Source: Escherichia coli (GTDB taxonomy: Bacteria > Pseudomonadota > Gammaproteobacteria > Enterobacterales > Enterobacteriaceae). From it: 64,000 bases of DNA. Below, in pieces: positions 43,972-55,558 of this stretch. The stretch is from assembly GCF_024502345.1 (NCBI RefSeq), contig NZ_JALDNN010000001.1; one strand, written 5' to 3'. The notes below the pieces were generated by a model. It saw nothing but the letters and a program-made list of their open reading frames with translations, did no database searches and was not told the DNA's origin. The position numbers and the translations under genes were made by a program. Every line of letters starts with the position of its first letter. The stretch's first letter is position 1.

Positions 43972-44547
43972 TCATTGCGCCGGTTTTTGCTGCTTTTTTA
44001 TCGCTTGCGGCAGGTCTGCCAGGCTATTTAACACCCAATCTGCCGCGTTTTCTGCTTCAGGTGTAATAGGTTTACCCGTACGCACCAGCACTTTTGTTCC
44101 CACGTTCGCCGCAACCGCTGCCTGCATATCTTCTAATTTATCGCCCACCATATAAGAAGCGGCCATATCAATATGCAAATAATCGCGTGCTGACAAAAGC
44201 ATCCCCGGATGTGGTTTGCGGCAATCGCAGACCTGGCGAAACTCTTCAACACTACCCTGCGGATGATGCGGGCAATAATAGATACCATCCAGATCGACAT
44301 CTCGGTCCGCCAGCGACCAGTCCATCCACTCGGTCAGCGTTTCAAACTGTGCTTCGGTAAATTTACCGCGAGCAATGCCAGACTGGTTGGTTACTACCAC
44401 CAGCGCAAAGCCCATTTTTTTTAGCTCGCGCATGGCGTCAATAACACCGTCGATAAATTCAAAGTTGTCGATCTCATGGACATAGCCGTGATCGACATTA
44501 ATGGTGCCATCACGGTCAAGAAAAATTGCGGGTACGCTCTTCGCCAC
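43972..44547 (-). CDS. gmhB: D-glycero-beta-D-manno-heptose-1,7-bisphosphate 7-phosphatase
   Basis: 191 aa. HAD motif [10 protein letters not shown]-12 synteny. Confidence 0.95.
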
Positions 44548-44636
44548 CTTTTATAGCTCCTTAATAAGGCATGTGACGCTAGTATCGCATGTTTCGACCT
44601 GCAAGAAAGTGCTCTTCGCATAAACCTGATTGATTT

Positions 44637-44660
44637 AGACGTCTGGATGCCTTAACATCC
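44637..44660 (+). promoter_or_regulatory. MetJ operator (tandem met boxes) upstream of metN
   Basis: AGACGTCT GGATGCCT TAACATCC: one perfect and two degenerate 8-bp met boxes ~75-100 bp upstream of the metN start. Confidence 0.6.
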
Positions 44661-44734
44661 ATTTCATTGACGGCGTTGCCCGTTTCAGGCATTCGAGATG
44701 CCACGACTAACTTAATGACGATAATAAATAATCA

Positions 44735-45766
44735 ATGATAAAACTTTCGAATATCACCAAAGTGTTCCACCAGGGCACCCGCACCATCCAGGCGTTGAAC
44801 AACGTCAGCCTGCATGTGCCAGCTGGACAAATTTATGGCGTTATCGGTGCCTCAGGCGCGGGTAAGAGTACGCTTATACGTTGTGTAAACCTGCTGGAGC
44901 GCCCAACCGAGGGTAGCGTGCTGGTCGATGGCCAGGAACTGACCACGCTGTCAGAATCCGAGTTGACCAAAGCTCGCCGCCAGATTGGTATGATTTTCCA
45001 GCATTTTAACCTGCTCTCTTCGCGTACTGTTTTTGGCAACGTGGCTCTGCCGCTGGAGCTGGACAACACACCGAAAGACGAGATCAAACGTCGCGTGACG
45101 GAATTGCTGTCATTGGTTGGTCTTGGCGATAAGCATGATAGCTACCCGTCGAATCTTTCCGGTGGGCAGAAACAACGTGTGGCGATTGCCCGTGCATTAG
45201 CCAGCAATCCCAAAGTATTGCTGTGTGATGAAGCCACCAGCGCGCTGGACCCGGCAACGACACGTTCTATTCTCGAACTGCTGAAAGACATTAACCGCCG
45301 TCTGGGTTTGACGATTCTGTTGATCACCCACGAAATGGACGTTGTGAAGCGTATTTGTGATTGCGTGGCGGTCATCAGCAATGGCGAACTGATCGAGCAG
45401 GACACGGTAAGTGAAGTGTTCTCGCATCCGAAAACGCCGCTGGCGCAGAAGTTTATTCAGTCGACCCTGCATCTGGATATCCCGGAAGATTACCAGGAAC
45501 GTCTGCAAGCGGAGCCATTTACTGACTGCGTGCCGATGTTGCGCCTGGAGTTTACCGGTCAATCGGTCGATGCCCCGCTGCTTTCTGAAACCGCGCGTCG
45601 TTTCAACGTCAACAACAACATTATTAGCGCGCAGATGGATTACGCCGGTGGCGTTAAGTTCGGCATCATGCTGACTGAAATGCACGGCACACAACAAGAT
45701 ACGCAAGCCGCCATTGCCTGGCTGCAGGAACACCATGTAAAAGTAGAGGTACTGGGTTATGTCTGA
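44735..45766 (+). CDS. metN: Methionine ABC transporter ATP-binding protein
   Basis: 343 aa. Walker [10 protein letters not shown], signature LSGGQKQR, C-terminal NIL domain. Confidence 0.97.
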
Positions 45767-46412
45767 GCCGATGATGTGGTTGCTGGTTCGTGGCGTATGG
45801 GAAACGCTGGCAATGACCTTCGTATCCGGATTTTTTGGCTTTGTGATTGGTCTGCCGGTCGGCGTCCTGCTTTATGTTACGCGCCCGGGGCAAATTATTG
45901 CTAACGCGAAGCTGTATCGTACCGTTTCTGCGATTGTGAACATTTTCCGTTCCATCCCGTTCATTATCTTGCTGGTATGGATGATTCCGTTTACCCGCGT
46001 TATTGTCGGTACATCGATTGGTTTGCAGGCAGCGATTGTTCCGTTAACCGTTGGTGCAGCACCGTTTATTGCCCGTATGGTCGAGAACGCTCTGCTGGAG
46101 ATCCCAACCGGGTTAATTGAAGCTTCCCGCGCAATGGGTGCCACGCCGATGCAGATCGTCCGTAAGGTGCTGTTACCGGAAACACTGCCGGGTCTGGTGA
46201 ATGCGGCAACTATCACCCTGATTACCCTGGTCGGTTATTCCGCGATGGGTGGTGCAGTCGGTGCCGGTGGTTTAGGTCAGATTGGCTATCAGTATGGCTA
46301 CATCGGCTACAACGCGACGGTGATGAATACGGTACTGGTATTGCTGGTCATTCTGGTTTATTTAATTCAGTTCGCAGGCGACCGCATCGTCCGGGCTGTC
46401 ACTCGCAAGTAA
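45759..46412 (+). CDS. metI: Methionine ABC transporter permease
   Basis: 217 aa, polytopic, with the EAA-type loop ([15 protein letters not shown]). Confidence 0.96.
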
Positions 46413-46451
46413 CGTTCAACACAACATAAATAATTGAAGAAGGAATAAGGT

Positions 46452-47267
46452 ATGGCGTTCAAATTCAAAACCTTTGCGGCAGTGGGAGCCCTGATTGGAT
46501 CACTGGCACTGGTAGGCTGCGGTCAGGATGAAAAAGATCCAAACCACATTAAAGTCGGCGTGATTGTTGGTGCCGAACAGCAGGTTGCAGAAGTCGCGCA
46601 GAAAGTTGCGAAAGACAAATATGGCCTGGACGTTGAGCTGGTAACCTTCAACGACTATGTTCTGCCAAACGAAGCATTGAGCAAAGGCGATATCGACGCC
46701 AACGCCTTCCAGCATAAACCGTACCTTGATCAGCAACTGAAAGATCGTGGCTACAAACTGGTCGCAGTAGGCAACACTTTTGTTTATCCGATTGCTGGTT
46801 ACTCAAAGAAAATCAAATCACTGGATGAACTGCAGGATGGTTCGCAGGTTGCCGTGCCAAACGATCCAACTAATCTTGGTCGTTCACTGCTGCTGCTGCA
46901 AAAAGTGGGCTTGATCAAACTGAAAGATGGCGTTGGCCTGCTGCCGACCGTTCTTGATGTTGTTGAGAACCCAAAAAATCTGAAAATTGTTGAGCTGGAA
47001 GCACCGCAGCTGCCTCGCTCTCTGGACGACGCGCAAATCGCTCTGGCAGTTATTAACACCACCTATGCCAGCCAGATTGGCCTGACTCCGGCGAAAGACG
47101 GTATCTTTGTCGAAGATAAAGACTCCCCGTATGTAAACCTGATCGTGACGCGTGAAGATAACAAAGACGCCGAGAACGTGAAGAAATTCGTCCAGGCTTA
47201 TCAGTCTGACGAAGTTTACGAAGCAGCAAACAAAGTGTTTAACGGCGGCGCTGTTAAAGGCTGGTAA
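46452..47267 (+). CDS. metQ: Methionine-binding lipoprotein
   Basis: 271 aa. Lipobox LALVGC. NlpA family. Confidence 0.96.
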   Translation: MAFKFKTFAAVGALIGSLALVGCGQDEKDPNHIKVGVIVGAEQQVAEVAQKVAKDKYGLDVELVTFNDYVLPNEALSKGDIDANAFQHKPYLDQQLKDRGYKLVAVGNTFVYPIAGYSKKIKSLDELQDGSQVAVPNDPTNLGRSLLLLQKVGLIKLKDGVGLLPTVLDVVENPKNLKIVELEAPQLPRSLDDAQIALAVINTTYASQIGLTPAKDGIFVEDKDSPYVNLIVTREDNKDAENVKKFVQAYQSDEVYEAANKVFNGGAVKGW

Positions 47268-47304
47268 TTTTTAGGCTGTTTCCACAATTTGTAATATCAT
47301 TCAG

Positions 47305-47333
47305 GACGGGCGCTTGCCCGTCTTGTCATTTTT
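47305..47333 (+). terminator. metQ rho-independent terminator
   Basis: Stem GACGGGC/GCCCGTC with a GCTT loop, followed by TTGTCATTTTT. Confidence 0.65.
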
Positions 47334-47384
47334 ACAAGCTCCTGATTCAATATTGACGTTTTGATCATACATTGAGGAAATACT

Positions 47385-47789
47385 ATGCGTGCTTTACCGA
47401 TCTGTTTAGTAGCACTCATGCTAAGCGGCTGTTCCATGTTAAGCAGATCCCCTGTCGAACCCGTTCAAAGCACTGCACCCCAGCCGAAAGCGGAGCCTGC
47501 AAAACCGAAAGCGCCGCACGCCACGCCGGTCCGAATTTATACCAATGCAGAAGAATTAGTCGGCAAACCGTTCCGCGATCTCGGTGAAGTCAGTGGCGAT
47601 TCTTGCCAGGCCTCCAATCAGGACTCTCCGCCGAGCATTCCAACCGCACGTAAGCGGATGCAAATCAACGCCTCGAAAATGAAGGCCAATGCGGTATTAC
47701 TGCATAGCTGCGAAGTCACCAGCGGTACGCCAGGCTGCTATCGTCAGGCTGTATGTATCGGTTCTGCGCTTAACATTACGGCGAAATGA
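47385..47789 (+). CDS. rcsF: Outer-membrane lipoprotein RcsF (Rcs phosphorelay sensor)
   Basis: 134 aa. Lipobox MLSGC, Pro/Lys-rich linker. Confidence 0.95.
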   Translation: MRALPICLVALMLSGCSMLSRSPVEPVQSTAPQPKAEPAKPKAPHATPVRIYTNAEELVGKPFRDLGEVSGDSCQASNQDSPPSIPTARKRMQINASKMKANAVLLHSCEVTSGTPGCYRQAVCIGSALNITAK

Positions 47790-48493
47790 GCAGTTTCCAG
47801 TTCGAGCAAATAGGCGTTATTCGCTCGCCCTATAAAGAAAAATTTGCCGTTCCGCGCCAGCCAGGTCTGGTAAAAAGCGCCAACGGCGAACTGCATCTCA
47901 TTGCTCCCTACAACCAGGCCGACGCCGTTCGCGGCCTGGAAGCGTTCAGCCATTTGTGGATCCTTTTCGTCTTTCATCAAACGATGGAAGGCGGCTGGCG
48001 TCCGACTGTGCGTCCACCGCGCCTCGGCGGTAACGCCAGAATGGGGGTTTTCGCAACACGCTCTACTTTCCGTCCTAACCCAATTGGTATGTCGCTGGTA
48101 GAGCTGAAAGAGGTTGTTTGCCATAAAGACAGCGTGATTCTGAAGCTCGGCAGTCTGGATCTGGTCGATGGTACGCCGGTAGTGGATATCAAACCGTATC
48201 TCCCCTTTGCCGAATCGCTTCCCGATGCCAGTGCCAGCTATGCGCAAAGTGCGCCAGCGGCAGAAATGCCGGTGAGTTTTACCGCAGAGGTCGAAAAGCA
48301 GCTTTTGACGCTGGAGAAGCGTTATCCGCAGTTAACCCTGTTTATCCGCGAAGTACTGGCGCAAGACCCGCGCCCGGCCTATCGTAAAGGTGAGGAAACG
48401 GGCAAAACCTATGCCGTCTGGCTGCATGATTTTAACGTTCGCTGGCGCATCACCGACGCAGGTTTTGAAGTCTTTGCGCTGGAACCGCGTTAA
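47786..48493 (+). CDS. tsaA: tRNA (m6t6A37) methyltransferase TsaA/YaeB
   Basis: 235 aa, MSSFQFEQIGVIRSPYKEKFAVPRQPGL... 4-nt overlap with rcsF. Confidence 0.93.
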   Translation: MSSFQFEQIGVIRSPYKEKFAVPRQPGLVKSANGELHLIAPYNQADAVRGLEAFSHLWILFVFHQTMEGGWRPTVRPPRLGGNARMGVFATRSTFRPNPIGMSLVELKEVVCHKDSVILKLGSLDLVDGTPVVDIKPYLPFAESLPDASASYAQSAPAAEMPVSFTAEVEKQLLTLEKRYPQLTLFIREVLAQDPRPAYRKGEETGKTYAVWLHDFNVRWRITDAGFEVFALEPR

Positions 48494-48603
48494 ATTCACG
48501 CCCTTCTCTTTTGACATTTCTTTTGCACTGGTAAACTAAATCACTTTTTTTGTCCCAGGCTCGCCTTGAGCCTGTTCTACCTTCCAACTGGAACCGTAAC
48601 AAC

Positions 48604-50322
48604 ATGCGTACTAGCCAATACCTGCTCTCCACTCTCAAGGAGACACCTGCCGACGCCGAGGTGATCAGCCATCAGCTGATGCTGCGCGCCGGGATGATCC
48701 GCAAGCTGGCCTCCGGGTTATATACCTGGCTGCCGACCGGCGTGCGCGTTCTGAAAAAAGTCGAAAACATCGTGCGTGAAGAGATGAACAACGCCGGTGC
48801 GATCGAGGTGTCGATGCCGGTGGTTCAGCCAGCCGATTTGTGGCAAGAGAGTGGTCGTTGGGAACAGTACGGTCCGGAACTGCTGCGTTTTGTTGACCGT
48901 GGCGAGCGTCCGTTCGTACTCGGCCCAACTCATGAAGAAGTTATCACTGACCTGATTCGTAACGAGCTTAGCTCTTACAAACAGCTGCCGCTGAACTTCT
49001 ATCAGATCCAGACCAAGTTCCGCGACGAAGTGCGTCCGCGTTTCGGCGTCATGCGTTCCCGCGAATTCCTGATGAAAGATGCTTACTCTTTCCATACTTC
49101 TCAGGAATCCCTGCAGGAAACCTACGATGCAATGTATGCGGCCTACAGCAAAATCTTCAGCCGCATGGGGCTGGATTTCCGCGCCGTACAGGCCGACACC
49201 GGTTCTATCGGCGGCAGCGCCTCTCACGAATTCCAGGTGCTGGCGCAGAGCGGTGAAGACGATGTGGTCTTCTCCGACACCTCTGACTATGCAGCGAACA
49301 TTGAACTGGCAGAAGCTATCGCGCCGAAAGAACCGCGCGCTGCTGCTACCCAGGAAATGACGCTGGTTGATACGCCGAACGCGAAAACCATCGCGGAACT
49401 GGTTGAACAGTTCAATCTGCCGATTGAGAAAACGGTTAAGACTCTGCTGGTTAAAGCGGTTGAAGGCAGTAGCTTCCCGCTGGTTGCGCTGCTGGTGCGC
49501 GGTGATCACGAGCTGAACGAAGTTAAAGCAGAAAAACTGCCGCAGGTTGCCAGCCCGCTGACTTTTGCGACTGAAGAAGAAATTCGTGCCGTGGTTAAAG
49601 CCGGTCCGGGTTCACTGGGTCCGGTAAACATGCCGATTCCGGTGGTGATTGACCGTACCGTTGCGGCGATGAGTGATTTCGCTGCTGGTGCTAACATCGA
49701 TGGTAAACACTACTTCGGTATCAACTGGGATCGCGATGTCGCTACCCCGGAAATTGCTGATATCCGCAACGTGGTGGCGGGCGATCCAAGCCCGGATGGT
49801 CAGGGTACGCTGCTGATCAAACGTGGTATCGAAGTTGGTCACATCTTCCAGCTGGGTACCAAGTACTCCGAAGCACTGAAAGCCTCCGTACAGGGTGAAG
49901 ATGGCCGTAACCAAATCCTGACTATGGGTTGCTACGGTATCGGGGTAACGCGTGTAGTAGCTGCGGCGATTGAGCAGAACTACGACGAACGCGGCATCGT
50001 ATGGCCTGACGCTATCGCGCCGTTCCAGGTGGCGATTCTGCCGATGAACATGCACAAATCCTTCCGCGTACAAGAGCTTGCTGAGAAACTGTACAGCGAA
50101 CTGCGCGCACAAGGTATCGAAGTGCTGCTGGATGACCGCAAAGAGCGTCCGGGCGTGATGTTTGCCGATATGGAACTGATCGGTATTCCGCACACTATTG
50201 TGCTGGGCGACCGTAACCTCGACAACGACGATATCGAATATAAATATCGTCGCAACGGCGAGAAACAGTTAATTAAGACTGGTGACATCGTCGAATATCT
50301 GGTGAAACAGATTAAAGGCTGA
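48604..50322 (+). CDS. proS: Prolyl-tRNA synthetase
   Basis: Start chosen at [20 protein letters not shown] (572 aa), colinear with K-12 ProRS. Confidence 0.97.
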   Translation: MRTSQYLLSTLKETPADAEVISHQLMLRAGMIRKLASGLYTWLPTGVRVLKKVENIVREEMNNAGAIEVSMPVVQPADLWQESGRWEQYGPELLRFVDRGERPFVLGPTHEEVITDLIRNELSSYKQLPLNFYQIQTKFRDEVRPRFGVMRSREFLMKDAYSFHTSQESLQETYDAMYAAYSKIFSRMGLDFRAVQADTGSIGGSASHEFQVLAQSGEDDVVFSDTSDYAANIELAEAIAPKEPRAAATQEMTLVDTPNAKTIAELVEQFNLPIEKTVKTLLVKAVEGSSFPLVALLVRGDHELNEVKAEKLPQVASPLTFATEEEIRAVVKAGPGSLGPVNMPIPVVIDRTVAAMSDFAAGANIDGKHYFGINWDRDVATPEIADIRNVVAGDPSPDGQGTLLIKRGIEVGHIFQLGTKYSEALKASVQGEDGRNQILTMGCYGIGVTRVVAAAIEQNYDERGIVWPDAIAPFQVAILPMNMHKSFRVQELAEKLYSELRAQGIEVLLDDRKERPGVMFADMELIGIPHTIVLGDRNLDNDDIEYKYRRNGEKQLIKTGDIVEYLVKQIKG

Positions 50323-50330
50323 TGCCAGAA

Positions 50331-50358
50331 AGGGTCCTGAATTTCAGGGCCCTTTTTT
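50331..50358 (+). terminator. proS rho-independent terminator
   Basis: Stem GGGTCCTGA/TCAGGGCCC (one mismatch) followed by TTTTTT. Confidence 0.65.
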
Positions 50359-50374
50359 ACATGGATTGTATAAA

Positions 50375-51199
50375 ATGGATAAACCAAAGGCGTACTGCCG
50401 CCTGCTTCTCCCCTGCTTTCTTTTACTTTCGGCCTGTACCGTTGATATCAGCCAGCCAGACTCCTCTGCCACAGCAGTAGATGCCGAGGCGAAAACATGG
50501 GCTGTCAAATTCCAGCATCAAAGCTCTTTCACCGAACAATCAATAAAAGAAATAACGGTACCTGATCTCAAACCCGGCGATTTGCTGTTCTCCTCAAGCC
50601 TGGGGGTAACCTCATTTGGGATCCGCGTTTTCAGCACTTCCTCTGTGAGTCACGTTGCAATCTATCTGGGTGATAATAACGTTGCAGAAGCGACAGGCGC
50701 TGGCGTCCAGATTGTTTCCCTTAAAAAAGCGATGAAGCATAGCGATAAGCTTTTCGTCTTACGAGTCCCGGATCTTACCCCGCAACAAGCCACAGAAATC
50801 ACCGCGTTCGCCAACAAAATTAAAGATAGCGGGTATAACTATCGCGGCATTGTCGAGTTCATTCCATTTATGGTGACCCGCCAGATGTGCTCACTGAATC
50901 CTTTTTCCGCAGATTTTCGCCAACAGTGCGTCAGCGGCCTGGCGAAAGCGCAGTTAAGCAGTGTGGGCGAAGGAGACAAAAAGTCGTGGTTTTGTTCGGA
51001 ATTTGTCACTGATGCATTTGCCAAAGCCGGGCATCCGCTTACGCTGGCGCAATCGGGCTGGATTAGCCCTGCCGATCTGATGCATATGCGTATTGGTGAT
51101 GTCTCTGCGTTTAAGCCAGAAACGCAGTTACAGTATGTTGGGCACCTGAAGCCAGGGATTTATATCAAGGCGGGTCGCTTTGTTGGTTTGACCCGGTGA
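50375..51199 (+). CDS. yaeF: NlpC/P60-like lipoprotein YaeF
   Basis: Start chosen at MDKPKAYCRLLLPCFLLLSAC (274 aa). Lipobox LLSAC. Confidence 0.9.
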   Translation: MDKPKAYCRLLLPCFLLLSACTVDISQPDSSATAVDAEAKTWAVKFQHQSSFTEQSIKEITVPDLKPGDLLFSSSLGVTSFGIRVFSTSSVSHVAIYLGDNNVAEATGAGVQIVSLKKAMKHSDKLFVLRVPDLTPQQATEITAFANKIKDSGYNYRGIVEFIPFMVTRQMCSLNPFSADFRQQCVSGLAKAQLSSVGEGDKKSWFCSEFVTDAFAKAGHPLTLAQSGWISPADLMHMRIGDVSAFKPETQLQYVGHLKPGIYIKAGRFVGLTR

Positions 51200-51208
51200 T
51201 AAAGTAAA

Positions 51209-51323
<115 letters not shown>

Positions 51324-51398
51324 AAAAAACGTGCAAATTCAAAATGTTGAAATATATCCTTCTGGCCTGTTTTGCGTTTGTTTCTGTCTCAAGACGGG

Positions 51399-52109
51399 TT
51401 ACTGCCCCAAACTACTGCAATCCTGGTTTGGGTAAAATTTACCTGCCGTATCGGGCGCTAATACTTTGGTTGGCGCACCAGTATCCGGATTAGCCTCAAG
51501 CGTAAAGTGACCTTCTACTGACAGTAACACCGGTTTTTCACTGTGACCACGCGCAGCCAGGTAGCCACGCTCCAGCTCTGCGTTATTCGCTACCATGAAA
51601 CGTTTTCCGGTCACGCAATCAGTGAAGGTCGCCGCATCAGCCATATAAAAATACATGCCCCGCAGGGTCATCGGCGTCATGGGTAAACTGGATTGTGCCG
51701 GTTCCAGCGTATAGTTGAACTGCGATTCAATCGGATTGCCTTCACGATCGAGCATCTCCAGCGCATCGCCTTTCGCCCGATAATATGACTTTTCACCTTT
51801 GCTGTCGGTTAATACCAGCTTGTCAGCGGTTCGCGCCCATGTACCGTAGGAAGCGAAGGAGGAAGGTTCTTCACGAGCACCGAGATAACGCTCATTCATC
51901 ACCCATGTTCCGTCTTTTTCGAGGAACAGAGAGGTTTCGATTCCTTCGCAATCGGCACACGGCAGCACGCCGCGCCAACTTTGCGGCATCGGTTTCAGTT
52001 CGGCTGCCTGCGCCGGAGAAAGCGTATCGACTTCGGCCCGATTATTACAACCCATCAGAGTAAAGAGGCTGATTACAGCCATCGCTGTCACTATCGCTTT
52101 TTTCACCAT
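51399..52109 (-). CDS. nlpE: Lipoprotein NlpE/CutF (Cpx activator)
   Basis: 236 aa. Lipobox LMGC and CxxC motif (CADC). Confidence 0.95.
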   Translation of the reverse strand: MVKKAIVTAMAVISLFTLMGCNNRAEVDTLSPAQAAELKPMPQSWRGVLPCADCEGIETSLFLEKDGTWVMNERYLGAREEPSSFASYGTWARTADKLVLTDSKGEKSYYRAKGDALEMLDREGNPIESQFNYTLEPAQSSLPMTPMTLRGMYFYMADAATFTDCVTGKRFMVANNAELERGYLAARGHSEKPVLLSVEGHFTLEANPDTGAPTKVLAPDTAGKFYPNQDCSSLGQ

Positions 52110-52122
52110 CCATTCCTTCTTT

Positions 52123-52545
52123 TTATTCCCGACCGCTGCGCACTTTGCCGCGCATCGCCTTCACGCTTGATTTTTGTGCTTTCGATGCCAGCCTGCGCTC
52201 TTTCGATGCACGGGTGGGCCGCGTGGGTCGTCGGGCTTTTTGTTCTGTTGTTAATTCTTTAATCACAGCCACCAGCCGGGCCAGAGCGGCTTCGCGGTTC
52301 AGTTCCTGACTGCGGTATTCCTGTGCCTTAATGACAATCACGCCATCACTGCTGATCAAATGATGGCTGGCGGCGAGCAGACGCTCTTTGTAATACTCTG
52401 GCAGGCTGGACGCCCGAATGTCAAAACGCAGATGAATAGCCGTTGAGGTCTTATTAACATGCTGCCCGCCCGCGCCCTGCGCACGAATGGCGGTGATCTC
52501 AAGCTCACCATCGGGAATAGCAACATGTCGGGAAATCACAATCAT
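52123..52545 (-). CDS. arfB: Peptidyl-tRNA hydrolase ArfB (ribosome rescue factor, YaeJ)
   Basis: 140 aa. GGQ motif ([10 protein letters not shown]) and a basic C-terminal tail. Confidence 0.95.
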   Translation of the reverse strand: MIVISRHVAIPDGELEITAIRAQGAGGQHVNKTSTAIHLRFDIRASSLPEYYKERLLAASHHLISSDGVIVIKAQEYRSQELNREAALARLVAVIKELTTEQKARRPTRPTRASKERRLASKAQKSSVKAMRGKVRSGRE

Positions 52546-53087
52546 GAAGGTTGTTGCCAGGCGGTTAAGTTCACTTCCAGATTATTCTTATCATCCGATA
52601 ACCAGATCACGCCATCCTGAATCGTTGCCTGCAGCGTCATGGTACGATCGGCAAAGGCGCTTACTTTCGCCAGTTGTTCATCGTCCAGATACCAGACGGA
52701 AAGATTGGCAAACTGCACACATTTGCTCTGATTTTGCTGCCACCAGATTTGCGCCGCCCGACTATTATAGGTAAACAGCGCCACTTCTGCGGCCTGGGTG
52801 CAGGCTTTCTTAATCCGCCGCTCATCCGGCAGCCCCAGCTCAATCCACAAATCAATGCCCAGGTGATCGTTACGCAGCCACGCTTCCGGCTCATCATCGG
52901 CACACAAACCACGGGTAAATTGCAGACGTTCATCAGCATATTTCAGCCACGCCAGCAAGCGCAGCATCATACGCTCCTGGGTTTCTGAAGGGTGGCGCGC
53001 CAGCGTCAGAGAGGCATCGAGAAACTGGTTGCGGTCGAGATCGGCCACATTAACCGTCGCTTTATAAATTGTCGCTTTAAGCGCCAT
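52542..53087 (-). CDS. yaeQ: YaeQ family protein
   Basis: 181 aa, [22 protein letters not shown]... 4-nt overlap with arfB. Confidence 0.93.
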   Translation of the reverse strand: MALKATIYKATVNVADLDRNQFLDASLTLARHPSETQERMMLRLLAWLKYADERLQFTRGLCADDEPEAWLRNDHLGIDLWIELGLPDERRIKKACTQAAEVALFTYNSRAAQIWWQQNQSKCVQFANLSVWYLDDEQLAKVSAFADRTMTLQATIQDGVIWLSDDKNNLEVNLTAWQQPS

Positions 53088-53252
53088 AAGAAAACTCCTT
53101 TCGAATCAGGAGGCCATTGTAACGGAATACGTGCAGTTGCGGCGCTGATATTGCAGAAATGAGTGTGGTATAGTCACCTTGCGAAACAGAGTTTATCTTC
53201 GTAGGCTTAGACTTGCATCCACGGTTAAGTCAGAGTGCTGACAGGAGGGCAT

Positions 53253-53453
53253 GTGGAAAAATATTGTGAGTTAATACGCAAGCGGTACGCGGAAATCGCC
53301 AGCGGAGACTTAGGATACGTTCCGGACGCGCTGGGCTGCGTTTTGAAAGTGCTGAATGAAATGGCTGCCGACGACGCCCTTTCTGAGGCTGTCAGGGAAA
53401 AAGCAGCATACGCTGCGGCAAACTTACTGGTGAGCGATTATGTCAATGAATGA
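53253..53453 (+). CDS. yaeP: UPF0253 protein YaeP
   Basis: Start chosen at [28 protein letters not shown] (66 aa). Confidence 0.88.
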
Positions 53454-53700
53454 TACGTATCAACCAATCAATTGTGATGATTACGATAATCTTGAGCTCG
53501 CCTGCCAGCATCATTTAATGCTGACACTTGAGCTGAAAGATGGCGAAAAATTGCAGGCAAAAGCCAGCGATTTAGTCTCCCGCAAAAATGTGGAGTATCT
53601 GGTCGTCGAGGCCGCTGGCGAAACCCGTGAGCTACGTCTGGATAAAATTACCAGCTTTAGCCACCCGGAAATCGGTACGGTGGTGGTGAGCGAGTCCTGA
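53440..53700 (+). CDS. rof: Rho-binding antiterminator Rof
   Basis: 86 aa, [26 protein letters not shown]... Overlaps the yaeP 3' end. Confidence 0.92.
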
Positions 53701-53709
53701 TTGACTTTC

Positions 53710-53742
53710 GCCGGATGCGACGCTTAATGCGTCATATCCGGC
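53710..53742. repeat. REP element between rof and tilS
   Basis: GCCGGATGCGACGCTTAATGCGTCATATCCGGC palindrome. Confidence 0.8.
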
Positions 53743-53752
53743 CTTCACTTAA

Positions 53753-55048
53753 CTAAGCGTTTCGCTGCCAGACAAAACTTATGCCATTCTCACCTTCAGC
53801 CACACCTTCTTGCGTCACAAATACCCCTGCCGCCGCAATCAGCGTTTCGCCATAAAACAGCAGTGGCGTGGTGTCACGTAGCCACGGCGGCACGCCCAGC
53901 TCTTGCCAGATTTTCTTTAGCTTACGTCCGCCGTTACGCCCGACAATATGCAGCAATCCTGGCGCTTTGAAACGCACGCTGACCGCTTCGTCTGCACGCG
54001 GAGGGCGAATAGCACCTCCCGCATTAAGCTGTACACTTCCCAGCCCCGCCGGTAATTCCAGCGGTTGAAGCCACGTCTGCCACGGCACAATGTTTTCGCT
54101 TTGCCCGGTGACGGATTTAATCCACCACAGTTGCGACTGATAGCGTCGGATTTCAAACGCGCCCAAACGTAAACAGGGGGAGGCATCTTCCCGCGCCAGC
54201 GCCACTTCCTGCCAGATCCTCACCAACGCGTCGCGGGAAGGCATCGGTGCATTCTGCCCTGCCAGCCAGCGACGGATAATCGCCGCGCGACGGGCATCAC
54301 TCATCGCCAGCATTGGCGCAATCTGCAGCGTCCCCTGCGGCGATTGACAGTGTGCTAAATCATCCGCCAGCAGTTCATCCAACAGGCTCTCTTGTTCAGC
54401 ACAAAGTGCGGCGCTGCGGGCCGTTGTTTCGGCAAAATGCGGCCAACGCTGCTGCAATAACGGCACTACGCGCAGGCGCAGAAAGTTACGATCGTATGAG
54501 TCGTCCTGATTACTTTCGTCTTCAATCCAGCGTAAACCATGCGCCAATGCCCACTGCGCCAGTTCCCCCCGCGTGCGGGCAAGCAACGGGCGGATAAGCC
54601 GTGTTCCGGCAAACTCCGAAACTTCCGCCATAGCCGAAAGCCCGGCAGGGCCGCTACCGCGTTTTAGCGCCAGCAGAAAAGTTTCACATTGATCGTCGAG
54701 ATGTTGCGCGGTGACCAGCACTTCACCGGGCAACAAGGTGCGGGCAAATGCCTGATAACGCGCCTGCCGCGCCTGGGCCTCAATCCCCAGCCCCTCTTGC
54801 GCAAGTTGTACGCGTTCGACCACCAGCGGCACCTGCCACTGTTGGCAGACGTTTTCGCAATGCGTAACCCAGGCATCGGCATTGGCACTTAAACCGTGAT
54901 GCACATGAATAGCGCGCAGAGCGACACCCGGATTTTCCGTCCGCCACTGCACCAACTGATGCAGCAGAACGGTGGAGTCAAGCCCGCCGCTAAAGGCCAC
55001 CAGAATCTGGCGTGAGGTGAGAAGTTGTCTATTGAGCGTGAGTGTCAT
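53753..55048 (-). CDS. tilS: tRNA(Ile)-lysidine synthase
   Basis: 431 aa. PP-loop SGGLDS. Confidence 0.95.
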   Translation of the reverse strand: MTLTLNRQLLTSRQILVAFSGGLDSTVLLHQLVQWRTENPGVALRAIHVHHGLSANADAWVTHCENVCQQWQVPLVVERVQLAQEGLGIEAQARQARYQAFARTLLPGEVLVTAQHLDDQCETFLLALKRGSGPAGLSAMAEVSEFAGTRLIRPLLARTRGELAQWALAHGLRWIEDESNQDDSYDRNFLRLRVVPLLQQRWPHFAETTARSAALCAEQESLLDELLADDLAHCQSPQGTLQIAPMLAMSDARRAAIIRRWLAGQNAPMPSRDALVRIWQEVALAREDASPCLRLGAFEIRRYQSQLWWIKSVTGQSENIVPWQTWLQPLELPAGLGSVQLNAGGAIRPPRADEAVSVRFKAPGLLHIVGRNGGRKLKKIWQELGVPPWLRDTTPLLFYGETLIAAAGVFVTQEGVAEGENGISFVWQRNA

Positions 55049-55112
55049 GATGGTGCGATTTTACAGTAGCAATGCCCGGCACGTTACCGGGCAAATGCCG
55101 CGATGACAAGCC

Positions 55113-55502
55113 TTACCACTCATACAGTTCCAACGGCAGCCCGTCCGGATCGTTAAAGAACGTGAAGCGTTTTTGCGTGTATGGATCGACACGGATGGCT
55201 TCACACTTCACGTTATGGCTTTCAAGGTGCGCCACTGCCGCATCGATATCATCAACGCTAAAAGCCAGATGACGCAGGCCGCAAGCTTCCGGTCGGCTGG
55301 GGCGCTCCGGCGGGAACGGAAATGAGAAAAGCTCAATCACATATTGCCCATTAAGCGCCAAATCCCCTTTCCACGAGTCGCGCGCTTCGCGATAGACTTC
55401 GCTTTGCAGCGTGAAACCAAGAATATCGCAGTAGAAAGCTTTGCTCACCGCATAATCCGTCGCAATAATCGCAATATGGTGAACCTGTTTTAAACCCAGC
55501 AT
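55113..55502 (-). CDS. yaeR: VOC/glyoxalase-family protein YaeR
   Basis: Start chosen at MLGLKQVHHIAIIATDYAVSKAFY (129 aa). Confidence 0.9.
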   Translation of the reverse strand: MLGLKQVHHIAIIATDYAVSKAFYCDILGFTLQSEVYREARDSWKGDLALNGQYVIELFSFPFPPERPSRPEACGLRHLAFSVDDIDAAVAHLESHNVKCEAIRVDPYTQKRFTFFNDPDGLPLELYEW

Positions 55503-55558
55503 AACGTCTCCTTTATTTGTTAACAGCACGTTACTCGCCCGGAAGCCGCTCTGGCAAG